From the human T2T-CHM13v2.0 reference genome, Homo sapiens, in NCBI RefSeq assembly GCF_009914755.1, contig NC_060944.1: a DNA stretch of 64,000 nt; one strand, written 5' to 3'. The notes under the pieces were generated by a model. That model did not search any database and had not been told where the DNA came from. It was given only the letters and a program-made list of their open reading frames with translations. Below, in pieces: positions 1 to 24,062 of this stretch (position 1 is the stretch's first letter; every line of letters starts with the position of its first letter). The position numbers and the translations under genes are program-made.

Positions 1-1078
<1,078 letters not shown>

Positions 1079-1570
1079 GTCACTTTGAAAAATGTGACTT
1101 TCCAGATGGCAAAATACTATTTTCATTAGGAGGAAACAGGCTAAACAGTAATAGCAAAGGTCACTAAGTATTGAGCACTTAGTCATACCTCTGAGTCTCT
1201 GCCTGCATAGCCTATTATTTCTCACAAGCAATCCATGAAGAAGGTTAAGACAACGGACTTTCACGCCAGACTGCCTGGGTTCTTATCAAGTATGTGACTT
1301 AGTTTATATATTTGTAAAATGGGGATAATAATGGTATTTCTGTAATAGGTTTGTTGTGAGAATAAAGGGAGCTTGGTATCAGCTCTTAGAATACCGGACA
1401 GGCCACGTTGGCTCCACTAAGCTGTTGTCATCATCCCTAAGGGCACCCAGTTAAAAGGTAGAAAAGGGAGGATTTGAATCCGGTCAGTGTAACTCTCAAG
1501 TGTACATTTTTTTTCTTTTATTTTCTTTTTAACCACGCCCTTTAATGTACATTGTTAAAGGCTAAGCCAG

Positions 1571-1940
<370 letters not shown>

Positions 1941-1971
1941 ACAACTAAGTTATAAACTAAGCTATATAGCC

Positions 1972-2162
1972 CATTGGTTCTCAAATTATGATTTCACTCA
2001 CTAGCAGTATCACTAGACAGCTTGTTGGACATGCAAATTATCAGACCCTATCCTCCTATGCCAGATCTTCTGATCAGAAACTCTGGGGGTGGGGGTCAGC
2101 AGTGTAAGTTTTAATAAGCTCTCTAGGTGATTCTGATGCACACCATAGTTTGAGAATCACAG
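1972..2162. mobile_element. MER5A-like hAT-Charlie DNA transposon fossil
   Basis: Terminal inverted repeats cattggttctcaaa...tttgagaatcacag; internal gaaactctgggggtggg and ggtgattctgatgca typical of MER5. Confidence 0.75.
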
Positions 2163-2204
2163 TCCTTATAGGCTCTGGTGGGCGGGGTGTTAAAAAAAAA
2201 AAAA

Positions 2205-3300
2205 AGCCTGGAGGTGCTGGGAGCCGCTCGCGCCCATCTCACCTGGAGCTGAGGAAAACTGGGATTTAACTGATTTACCACCGCAGCCAGCTCTTCAAGC
2301 CAGGGGCGGGCCGGACGGCTGGCGCGCAAGGCCTGCTGGGGCTTGTAGTCTAGACCACTTCCGCGCTCAGGCGCCTGCGCTTTAGCTGCTAACTCGCTCT
2401 AGTAGCTGTGGTCGGGGCTCGGGACCGGCTGCCATCTTAGTCTAGGGACTGAGGAGTCGCCGCCGCCCCGAGTCCCGGTAAACCCCCGTGGGCGAACTCG
2501 GGGCAGTTCTCGGGAGAGGGAGGGAGTCCGGATGAGAATGTTCGGGGAGAACAAGGGTAGAGGAGTGGGACGCGCGGTTCGGGACCCCAGAGCCGCGGCT
2601 GCTCCTTCTTCCAGAGCCGGTGTCTGTCGGGGGCGCGGGGAGCTCGGGCTACTGGCCCGGGCCGGGCGGTGGGGGTGGGCTGTCTGGACGTTCGGAGGGA
2701 TCAGTGTCTGGCACAGGCTTCCGGAGGCCTTCGCCTCGCGGGCTCCAAGTTGTGAAAGGGCTGGGCCACGACGGGCGTGGGTACCGTCCGGCCCCTCGCC
2801 CCTCAGCCCCGCCTGGGGCCACTCTCCAGCGGTTCGGCCTACGCGCGGGGCCCGGCGGCGGGGCCGGCGCGGGCGACGTGGCCCTGTGAGGGGCGGCGGC
2901 CGGGTCCCCCGCCACCCAGCTGGCCTTCTCGAGACTTTTCCGAGCCCCCAGTCGCTAGAAGGGCCCAGCACAGCGGCTGCCTCCCCTTCTCTCTCCCACT
3001 CGCCTCCTCCTTCCATTGTCCCCCCGGCGTGGTGGTCCCGGCTCCGGCGCCCTCCCCGACGTCCGCCACCGTCGTGGCGGCGCCGACTTTTGCAGACGTG
3101 GAGCTGTCACTGCCCTTCCTCCGGAGAGTGCCCTTTTCTTTAGCAGAGAAAAGAAAAAAGTAGCCGTTGAACGTATTCTAAGGGTCGAAGCATGATGACA
3201 TGACTTTTAAGTGGAGAACTCAAGTTTTCCAAGACAGTTCCCGTCCGCGACAGAAAAGAGAATCGCAGAATTTGTGCGCCCGAAGTAGACGCTGGGCCTA
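2205..3300 (+). promoter_or_regulatory. ITCH: CpG island / ITCH promoter (TATA-less)
   Basis: Sharp GC- and CpG-rich island against a CpG-poor background. Contains a GC box GGGGCGGG (2303-2310), a ZNF143/SBS-like motif (reverse complement GACTACAAGCCCCAGCAGGC, 2331-2350), an ETS core CCACTTCCG (2355-2363), an NRF1-like GCGCCTGCGC (2371-2380) and a YY1-like GCCATCTT (2431-2438). Boundaries are approximate. Confidence 0.9.
2385..2477 (+). other. ITCH: ITCH exon 1 (5' UTR; TSS approximate)
   Basis: Lies in the CpG island and ends at donor CCG|GTAAAC (GT at 2478). Matches my recollection of the ITCH mRNA leader joining to exon 2. No ATG. Confidence 0.8.
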
Positions 3301-3722
3301 AAGTTAGTTGGACATGTAACCAGGTGAACTTGTAAAGGGCCAGGAATTCATTATCCCCAATAACAACGCAACCTTGTTTTCTTGGTTGTATTCGTATCCT
3401 AATCTTATTACATTTTCTGCCATTCTTCCACAGCTACAGTATACTTGGTTTGGAGTGGGGGATGGGGAATTGTGGGATTTTTGCCTTGAAAATTAGTAAG
3501 ACCCTGGAGCCAGCCACCCACTTAGGTGGGTTCTCCTGCATCTTTTCCTGATAGAATTCGATCTTCAGGAAGTATGTAAAGGCAGTGTATTTCCATTCTC
3601 AAAATCGGCTAAGGAATGGTTTATCAGTTGAGGTGAAGTTCTCATGGCAGATCTGCTGAGAGCTTGCTATGTGTATTTACAGGTTTATTTAAGCTACGAT
3701 TTATTTTTAAAATTAAGAAATG

Positions 3723-7576
<3,854 letters not shown>

Positions 7577-8250
7577 TTATAGTACTTAGCCAAATTCTGG
7601 GCTCATAATAAGCACTCAGTAAAGGCATGTTGACTTTTATGGCTGTAAATGATACTGGCTTTGAGTCAATATAAATTAGTTAGGGGGTTCACAGAATTGA
7701 ATTGCAGCATTCTCTGGTTGGGAGGTTGGCTTTCAGCTAAAAACGTTAAGTTGGAAACTATCCTCACAACTAGAAGCAGTTAACCAGAAGCTGTTCCTGC
7801 CTCTATCCTCCTCCAGTCTAGCAGTGTACTGTCCTTGAAAAACTGCTGCCAGCTCAGCTTTTTTGCTTCTTTTCAGAACTGACTATATCCAGATCCTTGG
7901 TGTGCGTTTTCTTTTCCTGTCCCTAGGAGTCTCCAAGTTGCAGGGACTATCATTATGGTGACCCTTATAGGCTGGTGTATTTATATGGCCATCCTCATTT
8001 TGCCAGATAGCCGTCATACTCAGATTGGTGTCTTCCCATAATACGTATGAATCATTTTCCCTCAGTTCTTTCTTTTGTCCTGTCTGCTCCATTAAAAATT
8101 GTCTATCCCATGAAATTTTTAAAAGAGACTTTGTGCTTTTAGAGTCGCAAGGTCGTTGCAGATCTGATGTGTTTAACTATAGAGGTCAGCTGGGTGTGGT
8201 GGCTCACGCCTGTAATCCCAGCACTTTGGGAGGCTGAGGTGGGTGGATCA

Positions 8251-8614
<364 letters not shown>

Positions 8615-9279
8615 GTATGGTGTCATCCTGTGAGAGAAATTGGGGGCAAGAGTGATGCAGAGGCCAAGCTCTGGTCTTATACCTGCTGTGAGGAGAGAGC
8701 AGTGTTGATGCTAGCTGCATCAGTTGGTTGAACATATAGGCAGCTTCACTTGGTTCTGAAACCCAAAGCTGCCTCTGCAGGGATTAGCCTGTGAGCCACA
8801 CTGTGCTCTTAATTTGGGTTTTCTGACTTTTCTGTTTTTGTAGATCCCTTATACATATGCATACTTTTTCTATTTGTGTTGTTTTATACACGTTTATCTC
8901 TGTATACTATCTAGACATGTGCATGTGTAGGATTAAGAGGTGGGTAATGAAAAAGAAGACAACATGGCCAGGTGCAGTGGCTCATGCCTGTAATTCCAGC
9001 ACTTTGTGGGGCGAAGGTGGGAGGATCACTTGAACCCAAGAGTTTGAGACCAGCCTGGACAACATGGCGAGACCCTGACTCCACACAAAATAAAAAAAAA
9101 TCAGCTGGTGTGGTGGCGTGTACCTGTAATCCTAGCTGATTGGGAGGGTGACATGGGAGGATCACTTGAGCCAGGAGGTTGAGGCTGCAGTAAGCCATGA
9201 TCACGCCACTGCACTCCAGCCTGGGTGACAGAGTGAGACCCTGTCTCGGAAAAAAAAAAAAAAAAAGACAACATGGTTC

Positions 9280-9480
9280 AGTGCAGAAAGAATAGAGGAC
9301 TTGGAAAGAAAAGATCTGGGTTCCGATTTGATTTTGCCACTGACAAGCTGTGTGACTTTCGGCGAGTTATTTAATCTTGCCAGACCTCAGTTTATACATC
9401 TGTAAAATAGGTAAGTATTGATTCCTGTCTCCATCCCTGGCATTGTTGTGTGGATCAAATAAAATAATACCTATTAAATC
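9280..9480 (+). mobile_element. MIR SINE (others near 1250-1430, 10920-11060, 13480-13680, 29420-29565, 43480-43990, 51180-51340, 61270-61470)
   Basis: MIR core gctgtgtgactttcggcgagttatttaatct...cctcagtttatacatctgtaaaat. Confidence 0.7.
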
Positions 9481-9677
9481 TTTAGAAAAGGAAATGAATT
9501 CATGACTTAAAATGTTATCTTGGCCAGGCACGGTGGCTCATACCTGTAATCCCAGCACTTTGTTTGGGAGGCCAAGGTGGGCGGATCACTTGAGGTCAGG
9601 AGTTTGAAACCAGTCTGGTCAACATGGTGAAACTCCATCTCTACTAAGAATACAAAAATTAGCAGGGTGTGATGTCA

Positions 9678-9833
<156 letters not shown>

Positions 9834-10150
9834 TTATCTAGATCCACAAGGTGAGAGAAGTTGAGAGTAGTATTGTGAAGGAAAACATGAGGACAAGACA
9901 GATCACTTTAAAAGGTCAGGAGAGAAGGAAGACTACTGGGTAAGAAAAAAAAAGTAGAACATAAAGTTAAGCAGTAAGAGAATAGGGAGTGAATGAAGTT
10001 GAGCAGGTGAATTGTTAGATAAGAAAGCTGAGGCTGGGCGCGGTGGCTCACGCCTGTAATTCCAGCACTTTGGGAGGCCGAGGCGGGTGGATCACGAGGT
10101 CAGGAGATCGAGACCATCCTGGCTAACAAGGTGAAACCCCGTCTCTACTA

Positions 10151-10360
<210 letters not shown>

Positions 10361-11233
10361 CTAAAATATGATCCAGCATTGCCACTTTTGGGTATATATC
10401 CAAAGGAAATAAAATCACTTCTTCTTTTTTTTTTTTTTTTTTTTTTTTGAGATGGAGCCTTCCCCAGGCTAGAGTGCAATGGCACGATCTTGGCTCACTG
10501 CAGCTTCTGCCCCCTGGGTTCAAGTGATTCTCTTGTCTCAGCCTCCTGAGTAGCTGGGACTCGGGAGGCCAGGCGTGCACCCACCACACCTGGCTAATTT
10601 TGTATTTTCAGTAGAGACGGGGTTTCACCACATTGGCCAGGCTGCTCTTGAACTCCTGACCTCAGGTGATCTGCCCGCCTCTGCCTCCCAAAGTGCTGGG
10701 ATTATAGGCGTGAGCCACTGAGCCCGGTCCTGTTCTTTTTTATAATCAAGAGAAAGGAAGGAGATGGTGGAATGATTTGTGATAGCTACTATAAAGCAAT
10801 TTAAAAAATATTTAAAAGTATTATTAAAGTATTTAAAATATCTTTAAAATATTTCTCAGCATATCCATTTCATCTCAAGCTCACAAAGCAGTTCTTTGTG
10901 GAAAGGTATTTGAGCCAACATTCAGGAAACCTGCGTTCTACCATTGGTATTACTGGTCACTTAAATTCTGTGATCTTGGGCAGCTCACTTAAATCTCCCT
11001 GGGCCTGGTTTCCTCACTTATCTATTGAATGTTTTGAATATGATTTCTCAGGTTCTTTCCAGCTCACTCTATTATATTCTGTGCTTTATGTGCTAACTCA
11101 CTGATTTTTCATGGCTTTGTTGACATCACAATATATGACTGATATCAGAAATATCTTATAATAAGGCTTCGGCCGGCCGCGGTGGCTCATCCCTGTAATC
11201 CTAGCACTTTGGGAGGCTGAGGCGGGCGGATCA

Positions 11234-11720
<487 letters not shown>

Positions 11721-12122
11721 TAGTAGAGATGGGGTTTCACCGTGCTAGCCAGGATGGTCTCGATCTCCTGACCTCGTGATCTGCCTGCCTCAGCCTCTCA
11801 ATGTGCTGGGATTACAGGCATGAGCCACCGTACCCGGCCTTTTAAGTTCTACTTTAAACATTGGCACTGAGAGACCTGTAGGAAACGTAAGTATAGAAAG
11901 TTTAAGTTTGTAATATTTGACAAGGATCTGTTGAGCTGCTATTGTGCTAGGTTCCAAGGGGTACTCAAATATAAAACTCCTGGTTTAAGGATTTTGTCAG
12001 GAAAACAGACTTCCTTGCCAGTGATTGATTATTATAAAAAGGAAGTTGGTAAATGTTACAAGAGTTTCATTGCATTGCAATTTAAGAAATTAAGTTCAGA
12101 TTTTTTGGTTCCTTTAACATGA

Positions 12123-12413
<291 letters not shown>

Positions 12414-12457
12414 TAAGCCACTGCACCTGGCCAAATGTATTTTTTTTTTTTTTTTGA

Positions 12458-12760
<303 letters not shown>

Positions 12761-13803
12761 TAGACATTGCAGGGACTTATGGTGAAAAAGCAATCTCTGC
12801 CCTCCAGCAACTCGCATTTTTTTTTTCCATGTCTGGAAATTGCTTACCCTAATAGATCTATCCTTCTGTCCCAGAAAAGAGAAGAATTTTAATACTATGT
12901 TGTCACTTACAGGTTAAGAATTCATCTACATATTGAGCTTAACTCACTCCAGAAATATCTACTAACTTGCTTGCTTTCTGAGAAAATGTTTATTATTTTA
13001 CTGGATTCTGCAACCTTTTCTTTGTCAGTTACAAGAGAACATTTTTTTTTTTTATTTTTTTTTAAGATGCAGTCTTGCTTTGTCGCCAGGCTGGAGTGCA
13101 GTGGCACAGTCTTGGCTGACTGTAATCTCCGTCTCCCAGGTTAAAGCGATTCCCCTGCCTCAGCCTCCCATGTAGCTGGGACTACAGGTGCCCACCACCA
13201 CGCCTGGCTAATTTTTTGTATTTTAGTAGAGACGAGGTTTCACCATGTTGGCCAGGATGGACTTTTTATTTTTTATTTTTTTAAGACAAGATAAGCTCCA
13301 GAAATAACCATCTGCATTTAGGTGAACTTTGATTTGCTTGTTAGGCCTTCATTCGTGCAAAGAAAGAGTAGGTTCTACAATTTTGTCTTGATTATTTTTC
13401 CAAATAATCAAATTTAGTTGGTCACAAAGGAAAGGATTTTAGTCTAAAGGATTATATTGTAGGAGTTAACAGTATTTACTGGAGTTAGGTTGATTTTGAA
13501 TTTTGACTCTACTGTGTAGTGGTGGTATGATCTTGGCCAACTTGCCTAACTTCTTTTTGCCTTAGTTTTCTCATCTGTAAATTGGGAATAGTAATAGCAT
13601 ATATACATAGGTATTATGTGTTTCTGCTTGAACAAGACTTGGCTCACAGTGTGAAGTGTTAGTCGTTGTTTTCATTATCATCATTACCATCAACCTTATC
13701 TTTCTTAAAGTTATGATCTGAGTTCATAAATCATTCAGTAAACCTATTTAGGCTGAGCATTGTAAATTTAAATGCCTGCAAGGGCTGGATGAACATTTAG
13801 TAA

Positions 13804-14119
<316 letters not shown>

Positions 14120-14220
14120 TGAACTCCTGACCTCAGGTGATCCACCCGCCTCGGCCTCCCAAAGTGCTGGGATTACAGGTGTCAGCCACCACGCCTGGCG
14201 TGATTTTTTTTTTTTTTTGA

Positions 14221-14379
<159 letters not shown>

Positions 14380-14631
14380 TAGCAGAGACGAGGTTTCTCC
14401 ATGTTGGTCAGGCTGGTCTGGAACTTCCGACCTCAGGTGATCCGCCTGCCTCGGCCTCCCAAAATGCTGAGATTACAGGCGTGAGCCACCGCACCTGGCC
14501 TTTTTTTTTTTTTTTTTTAATGGAGGTAAAAGTAAGTATGTGAGGTTATGTATATGTTATTTAGCTCGATTTAGCCATTCCACAACATGTACATATTTTA
14601 AAACATGTTATGGGCTGGTCATGGTGGCTCA

Positions 14632-14736
<105 letters not shown>

Positions 14737-14850
14737 TCAATAAATAAATAAAACCTGTTTTACATGATAAATATATACCTTTTTTGTCAATTAAAATAAT
14801 TTAAAAATACTACTTAAGGTCTTGGGAATACACTCACAATGTATTGGTAG

Positions 14851-14897
<47 letters not shown>

Positions 14898-15149
14898 AGT
14901 TGCTGTGGCTCACTTCTATAATCCCAGCACTTTGGGAGGCCAAGGTGATAGGATTGCTTGAGCCTCGGAGTTTGAGACCAGCTTGAGCAACATAGCGAGA
15001 TCCCGTCATTATATTTTTCAAAATTAAAAAGGAAAGTTTTCAGAAGGTTAAAAAAAAAATTGAGGCAAAATTCACTACTTTAAAGTGTACAATTCAGTGT
15101 TGGCTTACTATTGACCTTGGGGAGAGTGCAGACCATGTGCAGACTGAAC

Positions 15150-15312
15150 ATCTTAATTTTTTTCTAAGGAGAAGCTAGAAATCAAGATTTTGTAAGAAAT
15201 TTTTATTGTTAAATGTTGGCAACTTATGAATTCATAGTGTAAACACTGTGGGCCAAACAAATTACCACTGTGGGCAGAATTTGTCTTGTGGCTTGCTGCT
15301 TTACAACCTCTG
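15150..15312. mobile_element. Old hAT-Charlie-type remnant
   Basis: Terminal motif gggccaaacaaa...tgtgggcagaattt...tttacaacctctg. Subfamily uncertain. Confidence 0.4.
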
Positions 15313-17311
15313 ATCTGGGGCTTGACTTTCTGCAGCATAACCCATGTTTTCTGCCCTCTGAGAAGAAAGTTCTTACCCACGTAAAGATTTAACCAGCCTC
15401 GGCAGCATGGTGAAACACTGTCTCTACAAAAAAGCCTCATAAAAATCAGCCAGGCATGATGGTGGTGTGCGCCTATTGTCCCAGCTGAAGTGCAAGGGTC
15501 GCTTAAGCCCAGGAGGTTGAGACTGCAGTGAGCTCATGTCGCTGCACTGATATCATGTCACTGATATGTCACTGCACTCTAGTCTGGGCAACAGAGTGTG
15601 ACCCTGTCTCAAAAATAAATAAATAAATAAATAAATAAATAAAACAGTTCAAACAATACCTCAAAGCAGTCTAGTACTGAATGAGAGGTATGTAGAATAA
15701 TTATTAAGGCAGATAGAAGGAGGGAAGTTAGTTAGTTATTCAGAATATGCCAAGGTGCAGAGGCAGGAATGGACTTCAGGGGGTGGAGTTTAATTTTAGA
15801 GGATTTGTGTGAGCCTGGTAATAGGCAAAAGTTTTGAAAATTTGAGAAGAGTCAAGCCTCTTATTTTGAATAACCTTGAGACCTATTGGCTGATAGGATT
15901 AAATGGTATTTTGTGAAGATTTATTTGGCAAAATTGAGGTCTGTAGTATTTACTATGGTTGGAGGCAGGGAGACTAGGCTATGGAGGTGTCAGTGGGAAT
16001 GAAAATAAAGGGGGAAAAGCTTGTATAAGAGACAAAAGGTTGCATTAAAGAGGGCCAATTTTGAAAGCTTTTTCTCTATTGACTTTTGTACAAACTGGGA
16101 TATGGGAAGATACTGTGTACAGGCTATATTCCTCTTTTCATGTTGTGAATCTTGCTTTATCCCTTACTCAGTCCCAACAGTGTCCTTGTTGATGGATTAC
16201 ATACGTTTTCTTACGATTTCCCAGCTTGCACAAGTAGAATAGAAAGAAAAACCAGGCCAGGCATGGTGGCTCACACCTGTAATCCCAGCACTTTGCGAGG
16301 CTGAGGTGGGCGGATCACTTGAGGCTGGAGTTTGAGACCAGCCCGGCCAACAGGGCGAAACCTCGTGTCTACTAAAAATATAAAAAATTAGCCGGGTGTG
16401 GTGTTACACTCCTGTAGTCCTAGCTACTTGGGAGGCTGAGGCATGAGTATTGCTGGAAACAGGGAGGCGGAGGTTGCAATGAGCCGAGATTGAACTGCTG
16501 CACTCCAGCCTGGGCGACAGAGCGAGACCCTGTCTCAAAAAGAAAAAACCACCAAAGTAGTGTAATTGCTCATCACATTTCTTGTTTGGGGTTTTTGGTT
16601 ATCTCGGTTAACCTCTGGTATATTTCATTAGACCTTAGTTTATACATTGAATTTTCATATTTACCAAGGTTTGGAAACAATGACAAATGGCTTGCTCTTA
16701 GAAAGATGTAGAATTTTCTTGCAGAAACTTGAGATAACTGATATGGCTGGGCGCGGTGGCTTACACCTGTAATCCCAGCACTTTGAGAGTCCAAGGTGGG
16801 CAGATCGCTTGAGCCCAGGTATTCAAGACCAGCCTGGGCAACATGGAGAAACCCTGTCTCTACGAAAAACACAAAAAATTAGTTGGGCATGGTGGCGTGT
16901 GCACCTGTAGTCCCAGCTACCCAGGAGGCTGAGGTGGGAGGATTACCTGGTCCCGGGAGGTCAAGACTGCAGTGATTTACCTGTGATTGTATCACAGTAC
17001 TCCAGCCTAGGCAACAGAGTGAGACCCTGTCTCAAAAAAAAAAAAAAATTATGATTCAGAATGTCTGAAGAAACCAATAAATGTAGAAAGGTAGAATATG
17101 TTCAGCATAACCTGAGAAAGTGATTTTTAGGATGTTATTTTCTAAATAAGATTTAGATTTTGTTCTGTTTATACTTCTCATGAAACTTTTTTTTTTTTTT
17201 AACATACCTGGGAAGTTATTCCTCATTCTTGGCCAAATACAAAATGTCATTATTTTAGAGACTATAGTCTTTTTCGCAAGTAAGCTGAATAGTGTGTTAG
17301 GTATAGTCTGA

Positions 17312-17632
<321 letters not shown>

Positions 17633-18029
17633 TCAAAAAAAAAAAAAAAAAAAAAAAAGATGTAAAAAAAAAAAAAGAATATCTGAGATATAGCAAAGTT
17701 TTTCTCATGGATGAATAAAAATACTGAACTGGGCCTTTAAAAAAGTACAGAAAATTGCCTGTCATAGAAATGCAGCAGTAGGGTCAAATGAGCTAAATCT
17801 AAATCTCATTTAATGAAAAAGGCACTTTCCTTTTATTTTTGAAGGATGGTCTAACCTAGTTTTTGGAATTCATTTGTTCTGCAATTAAAAGAGATTTTTA
17901 GGTGGTTCATTTAATTATAGCTGTTTTGGAAATGGGAAGGAAAATAATGTGAGAGAGAGATTAACTGCATTTGCTTCTGTGGAAAGTCAGTAGTCAAAAG
18001 GAGAGTCTGGATTATTTATTTATTTATCT

Positions 18030-18132
18030 AAAAATATGGAACACTTGGTGAATTTTAACCTTATCTTTGCTCAGAGGATGTACTAATCTCTGTGTTCTAA
18101 TTTTTTAGTATATGTGCTGCTGAAGCAAACAC
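18030..18132 (-). pseudogene. U6 snRNA retropseudogene (diverged, full length)
   Basis: Reverse complement GTGTTTGCTTCAGCAGCACATATACTAAAA...ACAGAGATTAG...GTTCCATATTTTT. (TAAA)n tail at 18011-18029; probable TSD gattattt at 18010-18017 and 18136-18143. Confidence 0.88.
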
Positions 18133-18474
18133 ACAGATTATTTTTTTCTGTTCTTAAGTTTTTTGGAGGAAAGCTATTTACTATAGGTCTTAATTAAAAA
18201 CTATATTCTGTATATATTGAAATGTGCAGAACCCTGCTGCTGCTGTTTTTCGTTACCCAGAATGTTGCTTACATCTCTCTACTATCATCTTCTCTCCCTT
18301 TGTTTTAGCCCTTGGGGTTTATGTTTTTTTATTCCTTTATTTCATTTTTTTCTGAGGTTTTGGAAGGGAATGGAGAATGGGGTGTGTTCATTCTGCCTGG
18401 CTGGTTGATTTTATATAGAAATTGATGTTTTCATCTCTAAGGGACAAAGAAAATTAGGAAAATATCCTAGTTTT

Positions 18475-19765
<1,291 letters not shown>

Positions 19766-19947
19766 GTCTTTTTTTTTTTTTTTTTTTTTGCAAAAATAGA
19801 GATGGGGTCTTGCATTGTTGCCCAGGCTGGTCAAACTCCTGGGCTCAGGTGATTTTCCTGCCTTTGCCTCCTAAGGTGCTATGATTACAGGCATGAGCCA
19901 CCGGCCCTGCCCAAGAAGTTGAGTGCAATCAAAATTAGAAACTTTGA

Positions 19948-20073
<126 letters not shown>

Positions 20074-20280
20074 TGAGTAGCTGGGATTACACGTATGTGT
20101 CAGTGCACCTGGGTAATTTTTGTATTTTTAGTGGAGATGGAGTTTCACCATGTTGGCCAGGCTGGTCTTGAACTCCTGGTCTCAAGTAATCTACCTGCCT
20201 CAGCCTTTCGAAGTGCTGGGATTACCGGTGTGAGCCACTGCGCCTGTTTGAAATTTCAACTCTTTAGAAGACATCATTAA

Positions 20281-20868
<588 letters not shown>

Positions 20869-21633
20869 TGAGCGACCGCGCCTGGCGTGTGTGCCTGTAT
20901 GTAGTCCCAGCTATTTGGGGGAGAATGAGGCAGTAGGATCCCTTGAGCCCAGGAGTTCCAGGCTATAGTGAGCCATGATCACACCACTGTACCCTAGCCC
21001 TGTCAACAGAGCAAGTCCCTGTCTCTAAAAAAAAAAAAAAAAATGGAAAGAAATACTCAAAACACTCAATTTCTCAATTGTTTTCTTTAATGAATAACGT
21101 GTTTGGTGTCATATCTACAAAAATCTTTGCCTTACTGGACAATCAGTAAATCTTTCTTAGATTTCCATTTGTTTACCTGTGAGAACAAATAAGATGTATG
21201 TGGTATTTTGCCTTCTTTGGAATAGTATTTCTATTCTGTTTCTTTTTGAATTTAATCGGAGGGGCTAATCTTGGGATAGAATGCTAAGGTGAAAATCTAC
21301 AGACTCAAATTGGAATGTAGAATTGACTTTGCTTTCATAATCCTAGTTGTTTCCTAATAGGTAAGTGGTAATTTGGTTCCTCTCCCCTTCCTAGTATTGA
21401 GGGCTCTTGGATGTAAACTCTTATTTGTGTCATTTTATTCTAGGTTTTTGACACAATCTGAATAACAATGCTTTTTGGCTCCTTTTAAGGAAAATGCATG
21501 AATTTTGTTAATAAAGTGCATATACATATTACTCAGTGACTCAGTATTGACTTTCAGTTTACTTGATAATTCTTTTTTCTTTTCTTGAGATGGAGTCTCG
21601 CCTTGTCACCCAGGCTGGAGTGCAGTGGCGTGA

Positions 21634-22190
<557 letters not shown>

Positions 22191-22552
22191 TGAGCCACCG
22201 CGCCCAGTCCTTTTTTAAATTTTTTTTCAGACAGGGTCCTACTTTGTTGCTCAGCCGGGAATGCAGTGGCATGATCATGGCTCACTATAGTCTTGACCTC
22301 TCGGGCTCTGGCGATGCTCCTGTGTCAGTCTCCTGAGTAGCTGGGACCACAGGTGCATACCACCATGCCTGGGTAGTTTATTTTTATTTTTTGTAGAGAT
22401 AGTGTCTTGCTATGTTGCCCAGGCTGGTGTTGAACTCCTGGTCTCAAGCGACCCTCCTACCTTGACCTCCCAAGGTATTGGGGGTGGGATTACAGGCGTG
22501 AGCCACCATGCCAGTCTTGGGCTTGATAGATTTTTTTTTTTTTTTTTTTTGA

Positions 22553-22714
<162 letters not shown>

Positions 22715-23335
22715 TAGAGACAGGGTTTCTCCATGTTAGTCAGGCTGGTCTCGAACTCCTGACCTCAGGTGATCTGCCTGCCTCAGCTTCCCAAAGTGCT
22801 GGGATTACAGGCATGAGCCACTGTCACTGTGCCTGGCTGATATATATATGTGTGTATTTATTATTATTTTTTTTAATAGAAATGGGGTTTCACTGGGTTG
22901 GCCAGGTTGGTCTCGGAACTCCTAGGCTCAAGAGATCCTCTCACCTTAGCCTCCCAAAGTACCAGGATTACAGGCATGAGCCACCAGGACTGGTCTGTAA
23001 TTCTTTTTTTTTTTTTTTTTTTTTTTTGAGGTGGAGTTTTCACTCTTGTTGTCTAGGCTGGAGTGCAGTGGCACAATCTCGGCTCGTCGCAACCTCCGCC
23101 TCCTGGGTTCAAGCTATTCTTCTGTCTCAGCCTCCCGAGTATCTGAGATTACAGGCATGCACCACTGCACCCGGCTAATTTTGTATTTATAGTAGAGACG
23201 GGATTTATTCATGTTGGTCAGGCTGCTCTTGAACTCCTGACCTCAGGTGATCCACCTGCCTCAGCCTCCCAAAGTGTTTTTGGATTACAGGCGTGAGCCA
23301 CTGTGTCCGGCCTCTTTTTTTTTTTTTTTTTTTTA

Positions 23336-23429
23336 AGTCAAGTGAAGCAGTGGGAGTGGAGAAGGAACAAAGAAATCTGTAACTGGTTGTGATCAGTTAG
23401 TTGTAAATACCAGTGCAGTTGGACCAGCC
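23336..23429 (-). pseudogene. Y3 RNA (RNY3) retropseudogene with poly(A) tail
   Basis: Reverse complement GGCTGGTCCAACTGCACTGGTATTTACAACTAACTGATCACAACCAGTTACAGATTTCTTTGTTCCTTCTCCACTCCCACTGCTTCACTTGACT, about 5 differences from hY3 as I recall it. The 3' AGCCTTTT is missing, replaced by A20 (T run 23315-23334). Confidence 0.93.
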
Positions 23430-23683
23430 GAGGCCTGTAATTCTTTTTTTTTTTTTTTTTTTTTGAGATAGAGTCTTGCTCTGTCGCCCAGGCTGGAGTG
23501 CAGTGGCGTGATCTTGTCTCACTGCAACCTCCGCCTTCCGGCTTCAAGCAATTCTCTTCCTCAGCCTCCTGAGTAACTGGGATTACAGGCATGCGCCACC
23601 ATGTCCAGCTCATTTTTGTATTTTTAGTAGAGACGGGGTTTGACCATCTTGGGCAGGCTGGTCTTGAACTCCTGACCTTGTGA

Positions 23684-24062
<379 letters not shown>

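Noticed and set aside
2399-3163. Overlapping ~200-aa ORFs on both strands
   Set aside because: Stop-codon scarcity in a GC-rich CpG island; low-complexity R/P/G/A products, mostly in intron 1.
7860-8050. Strong-looking acceptors (ttttcag near 7876, ccctag near 7926) as an extra 5' UTR exon
   Set aside because: No convincing paired donor, and it overlaps probable old transposon sequence; cannot be supported without RNA data.
23336-23429. Functional Y3 RNA gene
   Set aside because: 3' stem strand truncated, poly(A) tail and TSD present, and no upstream Pol III promoter context (the upstream sequence is an Alu tail).
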